NCBI GenBank assembly: GCA_038868995.1
Contig: JAWCRZ010000006.1
Span: 1 to 63,692 of the forward strand
Length of the DNA: 63,692 bases
DNA from: Candidatus Woesearchaeota archaeon
GTDB taxonomy: Archaea; Nanobdellota; Nanobdellia; Woesearchaeales; ARS49
Direction: 5' to 3'
This document shows positions 9,311 through 18,863 of the stretch, in pieces (the stretch's first letter is position 1; the number at the start of each line of letters is the position of its first letter). The notes beneath the pieces are model-generated. The model worked only from the letters and a program-made list of their open reading frames with translations, was not told where the DNA came from and did no database searches. A program made the position numbers and the translations under genes.

Positions 9311-10909
9311 CTTATTTTTAACTATCGCCTGCACAAAGCCAAGAAACAAAGGATTAGGATGCTCCAAACGGGATGTAAGCTCGTTATGCGCCTGAGTTGC
9401 CACAAAATAAGGATGCTTTGGCAATTCGATATATTCAACCAGACGCTTATTTTCAGACGTGCCAGAAAAAACCATGCCGTTTTTCAACAAGACATCGTGA
9501 TATTGAGGGTTAACCTCATAACGATGACGGTGACGCTCCCATACCTCGTCTGCATTGTACAATGAGTGCACGACAGAGCCTTTTTGGAGCACTGCCTTGC
9601 ACGCGCCCAAGCGCATAGTGCCGCCCTTTGCGGTAATTGTGCGCTGCTCAGGAATATAATCAACAACCGGCTGGGGTGTATTCTCGTTAACCTCAGTTGT
9701 ATTGGCATCCTTAAGGCCGCACACATCACGCGCAAATTCAATAACTGCAAGCTGCAAGCCATAACAAATGCCCAAAAAAGGAATGCCATTTTCACGAACA
9801 TACCTTATAATGCTGATTTTTCCCTCGATGCCCCTGAAACCGAATCCGCCAGGAATCAGAACGCCGTCAACATCCTTCAAAACGCTTTCAACATTGACCC
9901 TGCCCTGCTCTATATCAGTTGTCTCAACCCATTTAAGATTAACTTTGGCATCACAATGCGCTCCAGCATGCGTCAATGCCTCTGAAATGCTCGCATAACT
10001 GTCCTTCAACTCGGTGTACTTCCCGCAGACGGCTATAGTAACGCTCTTTTTGGGATTCTTTATGCGTCCAACAAGCAGTTCCCATTCAGACAAATCCTCC
10101 TCAAAGTTGAGCTTGAGCTTTTCCTTTATGCGCTCAAGTAAGCCCTCATTCCTGAACATCAAAGGAATCTCATAAATGCTCTCAATATCTTTCCCTGAAA
10201 TTATTTCATTGGGGGTAATGTCACAGAACAGAGCAATTTTTTCCTTCAATCTCGGAGAAAGGGTATTCTTGCTCCTGCAAATAATAATGTCTGGAGAAAT
10301 TCCCTTCTCGCGCAACAAAGAAATGTCGCGCTGGGCTGGCTTTGTCTTCGGTTCGCCAACACTGTCCAAGAATGGAATGTATGTCAAATGAATGTACATA
10401 ACATTGTCAACACCTGCCTGCTTTTTCAGCTGCCTTGCCGCCTCAATGAACCAGGAATTTTCAATGTCGCCAACAGTGCCGCCAATCTCAATTGTCATAA
10501 TGTCCGGCTTTTCCTGCTGTACGATTTCAGCCCACCACTCCTTAATCTCATCAACGATGTGAGGAAAAATCTGAATGGTCTTGCCCAAATACCGCCCCTC
10601 ACGCTCCTTTGCAATAACACGGCTGAAAACCTTGCCGGAAGTAAGATTCCAGTTTGACTTGCAAGTAATGCCAAGAAAACGCTCATAATGACCGAAATCC
10701 ATATCAACCTCGCCGCCATCAGCAAGCACAAAAACCTCCCCGTGCTCAACAGGGTTCATAGTGCCAGGGTCGACGTTCAGATAGCCATCACATTTAATGG
10801 TGACAATCTTATGATTGTTCTTCAGAAGGCATGCAATAGATGCGGTTGCGGTGCCTTTGCCTAAACCGGAAAGAACACCGCCTGTAATGACAATATATTT
10901 TGTTTGCAC
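9305..10909 (-). CDS. pyrG: CTP synthase
   Basis: GGVLSGLGKG, NVDPGTMNP, GICYG, ERHRHRYE; probable GTG start at 10909. Confidence 0.96.
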   Translation of the reverse strand: MQTKYIVITGGVLSGLGKGTATASIACLLKNNHKIVTIKCDGYLNVDPGTMNPVEHGEVFVLADGGEVDMDFGHYERFLGITCKSNWNLTSGKVFSRVIAKEREGRYLGKTIQIFPHIVDEIKEWWAEIVQQEKPDIMTIEIGGTVGDIENSWFIEAARQLKKQAGVDNVMYIHLTYIPFLDSVGEPKTKPAQRDISLLREKGISPDIIICRSKNTLSPRLKEKIALFCDITPNEIISGKDIESIYEIPLMFRNEGLLERIKEKLKLNFEEDLSEWELLVGRIKNPKKSVTIAVCGKYTELKDSYASISEALTHAGAHCDAKVNLKWVETTDIEQGRVNVESVLKDVDGVLIPGGFGFRGIEGKISIIRYVRENGIPFLGICYGLQLAVIEFARDVCGLKDANTTEVNENTPQPVVDYIPEQRTITAKGGTMRLGACKAVLQKGSVVHSLYNADEVWERHRHRYEVNPQYHDVLLKNGMVFSGTSENKRLVEYIELPKHPYFVATQAHNELTSRLEHPNPLFLGFVQAIVKNKG

Positions 10910-11016
10910 AAATTGGAAAGTGCCAGGCAATTTAAAAAATTTTTGATACTGCAGTTTGCAGATAACAAAAAGAATCCGAGAAAAAATTATATACGCCGAC
11001 AAATTCAGTTATCGAC

Positions 11017-11925
11017 GTGATATCAATCTACTGCTCTGAAAAACTGGACGGGGTTGCGGCAGCCGCGATCATAATGAGGCACGCAATACTCACAAAACTT
11101 CCAGCGCACTTCGGCGGCTTTTTACACCCAGACGCGCTGGAAGACGAGTTCGAAGACATGGCACAGAATGAGCAGCAGCTTATTTTTGTATTGGACATAG
11201 GCGCCCTGCCAGAACATCTACCATTAATTGAAAAAATCACGCAGAAAAACAAAATAGTGTACTGGAACACACACGACGCAGAAAGCGTGATTGTGCCAGC
11301 AAAAATATTTGACAGGGCAACCGAGAAAAAATGCTCGGCAGAACTCGCACAGCAGAGATTCCTGCCAAATGACTTAATTGCAAGAAAACTTGCGCAGCTG
11401 GCACACGAAGTAACTTTCTGGCAAATGAATGACGAGAACGCATCACGCCTGAGCGATTTGATAGCAGCCGGCTACAACCCCCTAGAGCTTATTGACGCGC
11501 TTGCACGAGGAGCGCTCTGGAATCCAAAATTTGAAGATTTCCACAAAAAGCTAATTGAGAAAAAAATGATTGCGCATGATGAATTGATGAAAACACTTGT
11601 CATCAAATCATATGTTAATTACAGATTCGGGTTTGGACTGGCTGCATCAATACTTACAACAGCAGATGCATGCCAGAAAATATTAGACGGGCATGCAGGC
11701 GTGGATGTGGCGGTTGTTTTATACAGAGACGGGCGCATCGGATTCAGAAGAAGAGATGGATGCGATGTTAATGTCAAAGAACTGGCTGCACTGTTCAAGG
11801 GAGGAGGAATGCCTTTTGCAGCAGGAGCACGCCTGCCGATGAGCGTATCAAAGGAAAATTTTCCAGATGCCCTTTTTTACCTCGACCAGGCATTCAAAAA
11901 CTTCTTCGTAACAGCGGTTTCATAA
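11017..11925 (+). CDS. DHH/DHHA1-family protein with degenerate motifs
   Basis: LDGVAAAAI, VLDIG, C-terminal FKGGGMPFAAGA (DHHA1-like); DHH replaced by NTH. Confidence 0.65.
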   Translation: MISIYCSEKLDGVAAAAIIMRHAILTKLPAHFGGFLHPDALEDEFEDMAQNEQQLIFVLDIGALPEHLPLIEKITQKNKIVYWNTHDAESVIVPAKIFDRATEKKCSAELAQQRFLPNDLIARKLAQLAHEVTFWQMNDENASRLSDLIAAGYNPLELIDALARGALWNPKFEDFHKKLIEKKMIAHDELMKTLVIKSYVNYRFGFGLAASILTTADACQKILDGHAGVDVAVVLYRDGRIGFRRRDGCDVNVKELAALFKGGGMPFAAGARLPMSVSKENFPDALFYLDQAFKNFFVTAVS

Positions 11926-11957
11926 CTTTTATATAGCAACCGCAAAATGGAAAAGAT

Positions 11958-12500
11958 ATGATATTTACACTCCGGGAACTGATTGACGTCGTCATCATGA
12001 CTGTAGCAGTCGGCTACATCTTCATGGACCTTTTCAGACGGCAGACAAGAGGGTTTGACAAGAAAGCATTTGTATTCGCATGCATGGTGACTGCACCCGC
12101 GCTGATTGCACACGAGCTTGCGCACAAGTTTGTAGCGCTTAGCTATGGCTTGAACGCAACATTTCACGCGGCATACTTCTGGCTTGCGCTTGGAATAATT
12201 CTAAAAATGCTCAGATTTGGATTCATATTTTTCGTGCCTGCATACGTCAGCATAGGCACTGGCACAGCTGTAGCTGGATTGCCAATGGCGCTAATTGCAT
12301 TTGCAGGACCGGCATTAAATCTTGTGTTGTTTGTTGGAGCATGGGCATTGCTGAAAAAACGAAAAATGAAAAGAAGCACGTGGATATTCCTGCAGGTCAC
12401 CAAGCAGATAAACCTGTTTTTGTTCATCTTCAACATGCTGCCCATACCGTTCTTTGACGGAATGAAAGTATATCAAGGGCTATATCACTCATTATTCTAA
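11958..12500 (+). CDS. M50 family intramembrane metalloprotease (site-2 protease-like)
   Basis: HELAH, AGP, FNMLPIPFFDG. Confidence 0.88.
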   Translation: MIFTLRELIDVVIMTVAVGYIFMDLFRRQTRGFDKKAFVFACMVTAPALIAHELAHKFVALSYGLNATFHAAYFWLALGIILKMLRFGFIFFVPAYVSIGTGTAVAGLPMALIAFAGPALNLVLFVGAWALLKKRKMKRSTWIFLQVTKQINLFLFIFNMLPIPFFDGMKVYQGLYHSLF

Positions 12501-12541
12501 GCCAGAAATTATGTCCAGAGGTACAGACCATTTTACCCCCT

Positions 12542-13147
12542 CTAACGCATAATCTTATACCACTGGAACAGAACACGGTCAACGCTCTTCAGCAACTCAA
12601 GCTCGTGCCCGGACAAGGTTATGCAGTCACCATCCAATGTAACCTGCGTAGGCGCTTTTGGAACAAGATAAATGACCGAGGCGTTGTCTGCACAAGTTAT
12701 TATAGTGCGGTTTGCACAGGCATCAGTGACGTTTTTAGTGCAGGCAGCCTCAACCGTGAAATTCAATGCGCGCACAATGTTCAAAGTAAGCTCGGAAGCG
12801 GCCAGCGCGAGATACTTGTATTCATCACTGTCCGCTTCCGGGTCAAACGTGATATAAATCGGCTCTGTCTTGAAGCCGGAAAAACTGCCTGACACAACAA
12901 CATCCTCAACCTGAAAAGGATTAAAGCGAAACGAGCCACGATAAAGCTTTCCATTAATCTCAATATTCGACTCCCAAAAACCCCCGATCTCCTCAAAAAC
13001 AAAATAATTGTATTCAACAATATTGGCAGGAGGAGGGCTGCCTTTCAAGCCGTAGAAAAAAAACAAAAGAACACCAAGCAAAACAAAAGAGCCAATTAAA
13101 TAAAACAATTTTGTCTCCCTATTCAATTTTGGCTCTTCTCCGGTCAT
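12542..13147 (-). CDS. Hypothetical membrane-anchored protein
   Basis: N-terminal TM, Cys-containing soluble domain; resembles upstream ORF. Confidence 0.7.
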   Translation of the reverse strand: MTGEEPKLNRETKLFYLIGSFVLLGVLLFFFYGLKGSPPPANIVEYNYFVFEEIGGFWESNIEINGKLYRGSFRFNPFQVEDVVVSGSFSGFKTEPIYITFDPEADSDEYKYLALAASELTLNIVRALNFTVEAACTKNVTDACANRTIITCADNASVIYLVPKAPTQVTLDGDCITLSGHELELLKSVDRVLFQWYKIMR

Positions 13148-13704
13148 GGCATAACGCCCAGAATGCTGTAGACCAGACGCTCGGTCTGCTGATAAAGGTC
13201 AAACGCGTCAAGCGCCTGCACTTGAATGCAGTTGCCAACTGCCTTGATAACGGACGTGTTGCTTTCAATAAACTCTACAACCGGCTGGGCTTCAGTTGCC
13301 TCGGCACACGTCTTTTGAGGAAGCTCAATGCCATCGTTATCTGTAACAGCGCGCTCAATTATTTTCCTATCCTGTAACTGAACTTCCAAATAATACTGCG
13401 CCTCAGCCATATTAGGAGACAAAGTACTGTTAGGGTCATAAGTTACGGTAAGAACCGGCTTTTGCAACATTGATTTAACATCCTCAGGAATACGGATATA
13501 CTCCAAGTCGCCAGGGAAAAAAAGAAAAACACGCTGCTGCCCATCAATTTTTGCGGTCAGCTGTCCATCCATCTGCCTGAACTTAAAACCGTTATACTTA
13601 AAGGTTGAAGAAGGGCCGACAGCAAAATCGACCATTACAAGAGCAACAGTGCTGAGAATCATAATAGCAATAATGCCAAGACCGATAATCTTCTTCGTTT
13701 CCAT
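13144..13704 (-). CDS. Hypothetical membrane-anchored protein
   Basis: Start METKK at 13704; N-terminal TM; ATGA-coupled to 12542-13147. Confidence 0.7.
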   Translation of the reverse strand: METKKIIGLGIIAIMILSTVALVMVDFAVGPSSTFKYNGFKFRQMDGQLTAKIDGQQRVFLFFPGDLEYIRIPEDVKSMLQKPVLTVTYDPNSTLSPNMAEAQYYLEVQLQDRKIIERAVTDNDGIELPQKTCAEATEAQPVVEFIESNTSVIKAVGNCIQVQALDAFDLYQQTERLVYSILGVMP

Positions 13705-13779
13705 AGCGAGAGCTGATTTTGGATACTTTATTAAGTTTTGCGAATAAGCTTTAAATACGTCAGCGCGGAAAAGCACTGC

Positions 13780-13938
13780 ATGAAGTGCGACATTTGCGGC
13801 AAAACAGTGGCGGAAACGTTCTTGAAAAAAATAATTGGAAGCTATGTCAAGGATGAAAAAGGAAAATTGCACACAGTCTGCAGGGAATGCCAGAAGAAAT
13901 TACGCAGCAAAGAAGAAATTTTGAAGCATCTCAAATGA
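13780..13938 (+). CDS. Small zinc-finger protein (52 aa)
   Basis: MKCDICG...VCRECQ, two CxxC; TATA-like tttaaata upstream; ends 1 nt before tRNA-Thr. Confidence 0.7.
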   Translation: MKCDICGKTVAETFLKKIIGSYVKDEKGKLHTVCRECQKKLRSKEEILKHLK

Positions 13939-13939
13939 T

Positions 13940-14024
13940 GCCTCCGTAGCTTAGTAGCCATAGCGGCGGTTTCGTAACTTTGCGAAAAAACCGCAGGTCG
14001 CGGGTGCAACTCCCGTCGGAGGCT
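13940..14024 (+). tRNA. tRNA-Thr(CGT) with 12-nt intron at 37/38 (13977-13988)
   Basis: Acceptor GCCTCCG/CGGAGGC, U73; anticodon arm GCGGT-TTCGTA|A-ACCGC; TTCG/CGAA central helix of a relaxed BHB. Confidence 0.88.
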
Positions 14025-14151
14025 TCAGCACCCCGTTCGTAAGCCCACACATCAAAGGGCGGAAGAACGGGAGTTTTCTTCTGTCCAACTGGGCCCTTAC
14101 TGGGCCTGAAAGTACATAAAGCCAGAAAACACTTGTACGTACAAAAGACGG

Positions 14152-14386
14152 ACAAAGTTGATAAGCGCAAAAAACAACGTATCTTTTTGTGGGACAAAGT
14201 CCAACATTTTCGAGTTACACGCTTTTATAGAGGGCGCGTACACGAAATGTCCGCACAATGTCCTACAAAGTTGATAAGCGTGAAAAAACAATGTATGTTT
14301 GGATTGGACAGAGTCTCACGCAAGTGTGCTACCTGCTTTTATAGTCGAGCACTGTCCGCAAAATGCGCTACAAAATTGATAAGGTG
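14152..14386 (+). repeat. Degenerate tandem repeat (units start 14152, 14265, 14370)
   Basis: Recurring blocks acaaagttgataagcg, aaaaaacaa.gtat, ggaca.agtc, gcttttatag, tgtccgca.aatg; periods 113 and 105 bp. Confidence 0.8.
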
Positions 14387-14397
14387 AACTTGGCTTT

Positions 14398-15675
14398 ATG
14401 ATTGATGTGCAAACTCCGGAAATTGAAGGCTTGTTCAGTGCAGGAGTCTGGAGACCTACAATGGATACGACAGACTACCATCGGTTTAGCAAGCAGTACC
14501 AGACCGCAATAACGCGGCTCTGGAAGGCGAATATACCTTCAGAGGACAAGAAGCTTGTCGAGCAGTTTGCTCGCGACGTAAAGGCAGACGGAACGGGCTA
14601 TTCACGCCTTACAAAACTGGTGCGGAACCTTGCGCTTATCGTCGAGGCATTAGGCAAGCCGTTCAAACAAGCAACAGCCGAGGATATCCGAAGGATTGTT
14701 CATGCCTATGAATCCGGCGATTACTCGGTCTGGACGAAACACGACGTCAAAGTCATACTGAAACAATTCTATCGCTGGCTGGATGGCGAGGACTATCCGA
14801 AAATCGTGAAATGGATATGCACCACGATTCCACATAAGGACAAACCGTTGGTTCACGAAGCTGAATTGTTGAGCGAAGAAGAGGTCAATAAGCTTATAGC
14901 GACAGCTGACCACCCGCGCAACAAGGCAATTCTCGCAATTCTGGGCGAGAGCGGAGCAAGAGTTGGCGAGATCGGCAACCTGACCATCGGACAAATCAAG
15001 ATAGACGCAAGCGGAGCCGTCCTCAATGTTTCAGGAAAGACTGGACGCCGACGCTTACGCATCATTAGCGCAACGGCTTATCTCGTGAAGTGGCTTGATA
15101 TTCACCCTGACAATGCGAACCCGTACGCGCCGTTATGGGTGAATATCGGCACAAAAAATTATCACAAACAGTCCACTTACGAAACCATCCGTAAGGTGCT
15201 GATTGAGACGTTCAAGAAAGCAGGCATCAAGAAACGTTGCCACCCATACATTTTCAGGCACAGCAGGGCATCACAACTTGCACGACACTTGACCGAATAC
15301 CAAATGAACAGCTATTTCGGCTGGATTCAAGGAAGCCGAATGCCGAGCTTGTACGTGCATATTTCTGGGAAAGATTTGGATGAAGACATACTCCGCATTA
15401 ACGGAATGAAACCAGGAGAAAAACCAATACCATACAAACCACAACTCAGAGCCTGCCCAAGATGCAGAGAAATCAATTCGCCTAATGCTTTATACTGTTG
15501 CAAGTGTGCGGAAATCGTAGACCCTGCGTTGGCGTTGAAATCAAAGCTGGAAGAAGCCGAAAAACCCGCACAAACAGGCAAGAGTCCGTTCACAGAATGG
15601 TTGCAAAACGACCCAGAACTGCGTGAAATGTTGAAGCGCAAGGCGATGGAGTTCAAAGATGTCCAGCCAATCTAA
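14398..15675 (+). CDS. Tyrosine recombinase/integrase with C-terminal zinc ribbon
   Basis: GARVGE, GKTG, HPYIFRHS, FGW, LYVH catalytic motifs; CPRC...CCKC; true start may be 14461. Confidence 0.9.
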   Translation: MIDVQTPEIEGLFSAGVWRPTMDTTDYHRFSKQYQTAITRLWKANIPSEDKKLVEQFARDVKADGTGYSRLTKLVRNLALIVEALGKPFKQATAEDIRRIVHAYESGDYSVWTKHDVKVILKQFYRWLDGEDYPKIVKWICTTIPHKDKPLVHEAELLSEEEVNKLIATADHPRNKAILAILGESGARVGEIGNLTIGQIKIDASGAVLNVSGKTGRRRLRIISATAYLVKWLDIHPDNANPYAPLWVNIGTKNYHKQSTYETIRKVLIETFKKAGIKKRCHPYIFRHSRASQLARHLTEYQMNSYFGWIQGSRMPSLYVHISGKDLDEDILRINGMKPGEKPIPYKPQLRACPRCREINSPNALYCCKCAEIVDPALALKSKLEEAEKPAQTGKSPFTEWLQNDPELREMLKRKAMEFKDVQPI

Positions 15676-16477
15676 TGACCCAATAGTCGATCTTGCATTT
15701 TATGGAGGAATTATTGTATTTGCAGCTCTGATAGCTCTAAGACTGGCAACAGTGGTGTGGCAATTTCTTACAAGCATTTGGCAGGTATGCGCGTTACTTT
15801 TTGCAACAATAATCAGCACCCTCTATTTTGTCAGCGCGTTCAAGCTACTGCGGTATGCTCCAATGCGCACCGATGTTGACTTACAAGGGATTGAAGACCC
15901 TGAGCTTTTTGACGAAGAACCACTTACTGAACCAAAGGTTCAGCCAGCCCCTCCAGTGCAGGAAGAAAAAATTGAAGAAAAACACGACCCAAAAGAAGCC
16001 CTACTTCATTTACCGATTCACGATGCTTCCAAACTGTCAGATGATGAAGTATTTTTCTTGCAGCGTAATGAGTATGAATACAAAGAATTTGTGCCGTTAG
16101 GCAAAAACCGTTGCAAACCATATCTTGTTTTGGAGCAAAAGCCTGAAAGCTTTGAGCACACTTTTGTCGTTTACGCGCTTGTTGAGAAACTTACGCCATA
16201 CGTGAAGAACATCAAAGTTCACAGCAACCCCGACATCACCTTTACGTATAACCGCGAGGAATTCGCAGTAGAGGTCGTGATTCCTCTTGAGCTCAAGCAT
16301 TCCCGCTTTGCAATCAAGGCAGAGCGTCTCAACAGTGCCTTTGGCACTCGCTTGTGGTTCGCCATCACACGCAGCGCGTACAAGCGCAGCCTTTCCCGCT
16401 ATGGCGAGGTTCTCACCCGCAACCAGATAGATGCCTGGATTAAAGAATCATTCCCCTACAAACACCCCTCCTCTTAA
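15659..16477 (+). CDS. Membrane protein with C-terminal PD-(D/E)XK-like domain
   Basis: Two N-terminal TM segments, Pro/Glu linker, NPDITF...FAVEV. Confidence 0.6.
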   Translation: MSSQSNDPIVDLAFYGGIIVFAALIALRLATVVWQFLTSIWQVCALLFATIISTLYFVSAFKLLRYAPMRTDVDLQGIEDPELFDEEPLTEPKVQPAPPVQEEKIEEKHDPKEALLHLPIHDASKLSDDEVFFLQRNEYEYKEFVPLGKNRCKPYLVLEQKPESFEHTFVVYALVEKLTPYVKNIKVHSNPDITFTYNREEFAVEVVIPLELKHSRFAIKAERLNSAFGTRLWFAITRSAYKRSLSRYGEVLTRNQIDAWIKESFPYKHPSS

Positions 16478-16658
16478 TACAACCATTTTCCAGCATACTC
16501 GCACTCCAGACCCGCACAAGATAATGTAATAAAAATCTGACGATAAAACCATAGAACCATCGACGAAAAACCCGTTCATTCTTGGTGTGCAACGCTTTTA
16601 AAACCGCACACCAACGATAAGCAGAAAAATGTTGGCGAAATTCTTGCCGTGCAACCTT

Positions 16659-17795
16659 TTAAGCGATGCTTTCCAAGAACTTTCCTTGAATTGCTTTCTT
16701 TGAAGCGTCCATCAAGAAAACAAAAAAGCCATTGTTCTCGGCTTCCTTAAACAACACGGTAAGCATTTCAAAATCGCTTTTACTTATTGATGACTTTGCG
16801 TTTTGCAGTTCCTTGAGATTTCCGCATAGTCCTTTGAAATGGTCTGCGGTCAGTCCTAAAACGGGCACGATGTCGTAGATTCTACCATCAATTTTGGTTT
16901 CTGACAAATTTGTGTAAAGAATCATTTTGATAAGTCCATCTTGGATATCTGCAAGACTCGGTATAGAAGTATGCGAGTGTTTCTTCTCAATCAAAAAGAG
17001 TTTCTTTTTAAGTATGACGGCCTCATCAACCGTGAAATAATACGCTCCGCCAAGATAATTTGTAATGGTGATTGTTCCTTTCTTATTCACAACTCTTTCT
17101 TTTGGTTGAGTGGTGAGGGATTCACGTCTCTGCGCGGATCGGGCAAGCGCTCTGGAGAATTTTTTGAATTTTCCAACATCTTCAGTAATTTGGTCGATAT
17201 GCTCACGAAAACTTTCAATGCCGTGCAGTTCCACACCGCACTTCTTACTGATCTGTTTATAATATGCATCCTCGCACTTTTTGGCAATCTTGTTTATTTC
17301 ACCCAGTTGCTTCAAATTCCAATGAAGCGCATCAGATTTGTACTTAAGAAGTTCTTGCAGCTTTTCCTTAAGATATTTGTAATCGAACTCTTGGTCTGTG
17401 ATTTTGTTTTCATAGTCCTCCGATTTTTTCGCTTTTTTGTAATATGCGATGATTACGTGAACGCCCAATAGGCTCATTAGAGATACTGTGTCCCATTGGA
17501 GATAGTCTCGATCGCCGTCTTTTCCTTCATCTTTAACAAGGGGAATTATTGTGACACGAGTTTTATAGTTCATTGTGTCGTATACTCGTGCGAAAGGATA
17601 GCTGCGTGTTCTTTTGGCGGAAACCCAATGACTGACTGCGATTTTTCCTTCTTTGATATCGAGTATAAAACTTGCGTTTGTAAAGGCTTGTCCATTATCA
17701 AATTCTTTCAGAGAAACGACAGGCAATTCACGGCAAAGAAAGGGAGAGTATTCGACATTTTCAATTTTGGCAAGAATATTCATCTTAATCGACAA
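16659..17795 (-). CDS. Putative type II restriction endonuclease
   Basis: Coupled downstream of a DNA MTase; TVDE...LIEKK nuclease-like motif. Confidence 0.65.
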   Translation of the reverse strand: MSIKMNILAKIENVEYSPFLCRELPVVSLKEFDNGQAFTNASFILDIKEGKIAVSHWVSAKRTRSYPFARVYDTMNYKTRVTIIPLVKDEGKDGDRDYLQWDTVSLMSLLGVHVIIAYYKKAKKSEDYENKITDQEFDYKYLKEKLQELLKYKSDALHWNLKQLGEINKIAKKCEDAYYKQISKKCGVELHGIESFREHIDQITEDVGKFKKFSRALARSAQRRESLTTQPKERVVNKKGTITITNYLGGAYYFTVDEAVILKKKLFLIEKKHSHTSIPSLADIQDGLIKMILYTNLSETKIDGRIYDIVPVLGLTADHFKGLCGNLKELQNAKSSISKSDFEMLTVLFKEAENNGFFVFLMDASKKAIQGKFLESIA

Positions 17796-18699
17796 GCTTC
17801 TGCTGTCCTTCCGTTTTCTTTATCTTTTGCAAGGCATAATCAATATATTCCTTCTGCGTGTCCATTCCGATAAACTTTCTGCCAAGCAGTTGTGCAGCTA
17901 AAAGCGTTTGTCCACTTCCGGCAAAAATGTCAACGACAACGTCGTCTTTGTATGAATAGAATTGAATTACTCTGCTTGCAAGCTCAACTGGAAACGCGCA
18001 GGGGTGAATGTTTTCTTGAGGCGCAACTTGACGAATTTTCCAGACATTCTTGCTCATTTCTCCTTGATAATTCTTGAGGTCGATGCGATTCTTCTCTTTT
18101 TCTTCAGCTGACCGATGCCAATAGATATTTTCCTTGTTTTCTTTTTCAGCTGGTTTTTGGAAGACAAATACGTATTCTGAAACAAGACTTGGGTAGTAGT
18201 ATCCAGGATAGGGGTGTTGGAGTAGCACTCCTGAACGGCGGTCCTTTGCGACTGGTTTTTCCCAGATTATGTCTTCACAGAATTTCCAACCGATTGATTC
18301 CATCCAGGAAACGAAATGAAAAGGCAATGCGACTCGGTTACCATTCCAACCCACAGGAGCGATATTGACCACGTTATATCCGCCTGGTTTGATAACACGC
18401 AAAAGTTCTCTAAACCTTTCAACAAGAAATTCTCTGTATTCGTCATAGGACACTTCTTTGCGCTCCCAACGGTCCTTTTTTCCTTGAAGTTTTTCAACGT
18501 GTTCTTCATAATTAATTGCGTTATGATACGGTGGAGAAGTAAATGCAAGTGTTATACTATTATCGGGTAGCTGTTGCATCGCTTTGAGACAGTCTCCAAG
18601 AAAAATGGTTCCTTGCTTGGTTTTGAACGCTTTAACTTCTACAGATTCAGCGGACTGAGCAGATTCCTTCTTTTGGTGCTGTTGCGCAAGCATTGGCAT
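17785..18699 (-). CDS. DNA methyltransferase, beta class (N4-C/N6-A)
   Basis: TSPPY (motif IV) N-terminal; HPCAFP; DIFAGSG (motif I) C-terminal. Confidence 0.92.
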   Translation of the reverse strand: MPMLAQQHQKKESAQSAESVEVKAFKTKQGTIFLGDCLKAMQQLPDNSITLAFTSPPYHNAINYEEHVEKLQGKKDRWERKEVSYDEYREFLVERFRELLRVIKPGGYNVVNIAPVGWNGNRVALPFHFVSWMESIGWKFCEDIIWEKPVAKDRRSGVLLQHPYPGYYYPSLVSEYVFVFQKPAEKENKENIYWHRSAEEKEKNRIDLKNYQGEMSKNVWKIRQVAPQENIHPCAFPVELASRVIQFYSYKDDVVVDIFAGSGQTLLAAQLLGRKFIGMDTQKEYIDYALQKIKKTEGQQKLVD

Positions 18700-18863
18700 C
18701 CTCTTTTACACCCTTTTATATGAATTTAAGCGACTTAATAAGACTTTCGCTCAAGCGTGTCCAGTGGGTTCATTTAAAGCGCAGCTCTTTCAGACACCAA
18801 GACTTTGAATTTCCTAGTCTTATTTGAGAAAATATTTAAAGTTTGATACGCACTTATAAGCAC

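Noticed and set aside
14152-14386. CRISPR array
   Set aside because: The inter-repeat segments are homologous to each other, the period is >100 bp, and no cas genes are present.
16582-16614. 9-bp inverted repeat ttggtgtgc/gcacaccaa between convergent genes
   Set aside because: Single hairpin with no further support; could be a terminator or chance.
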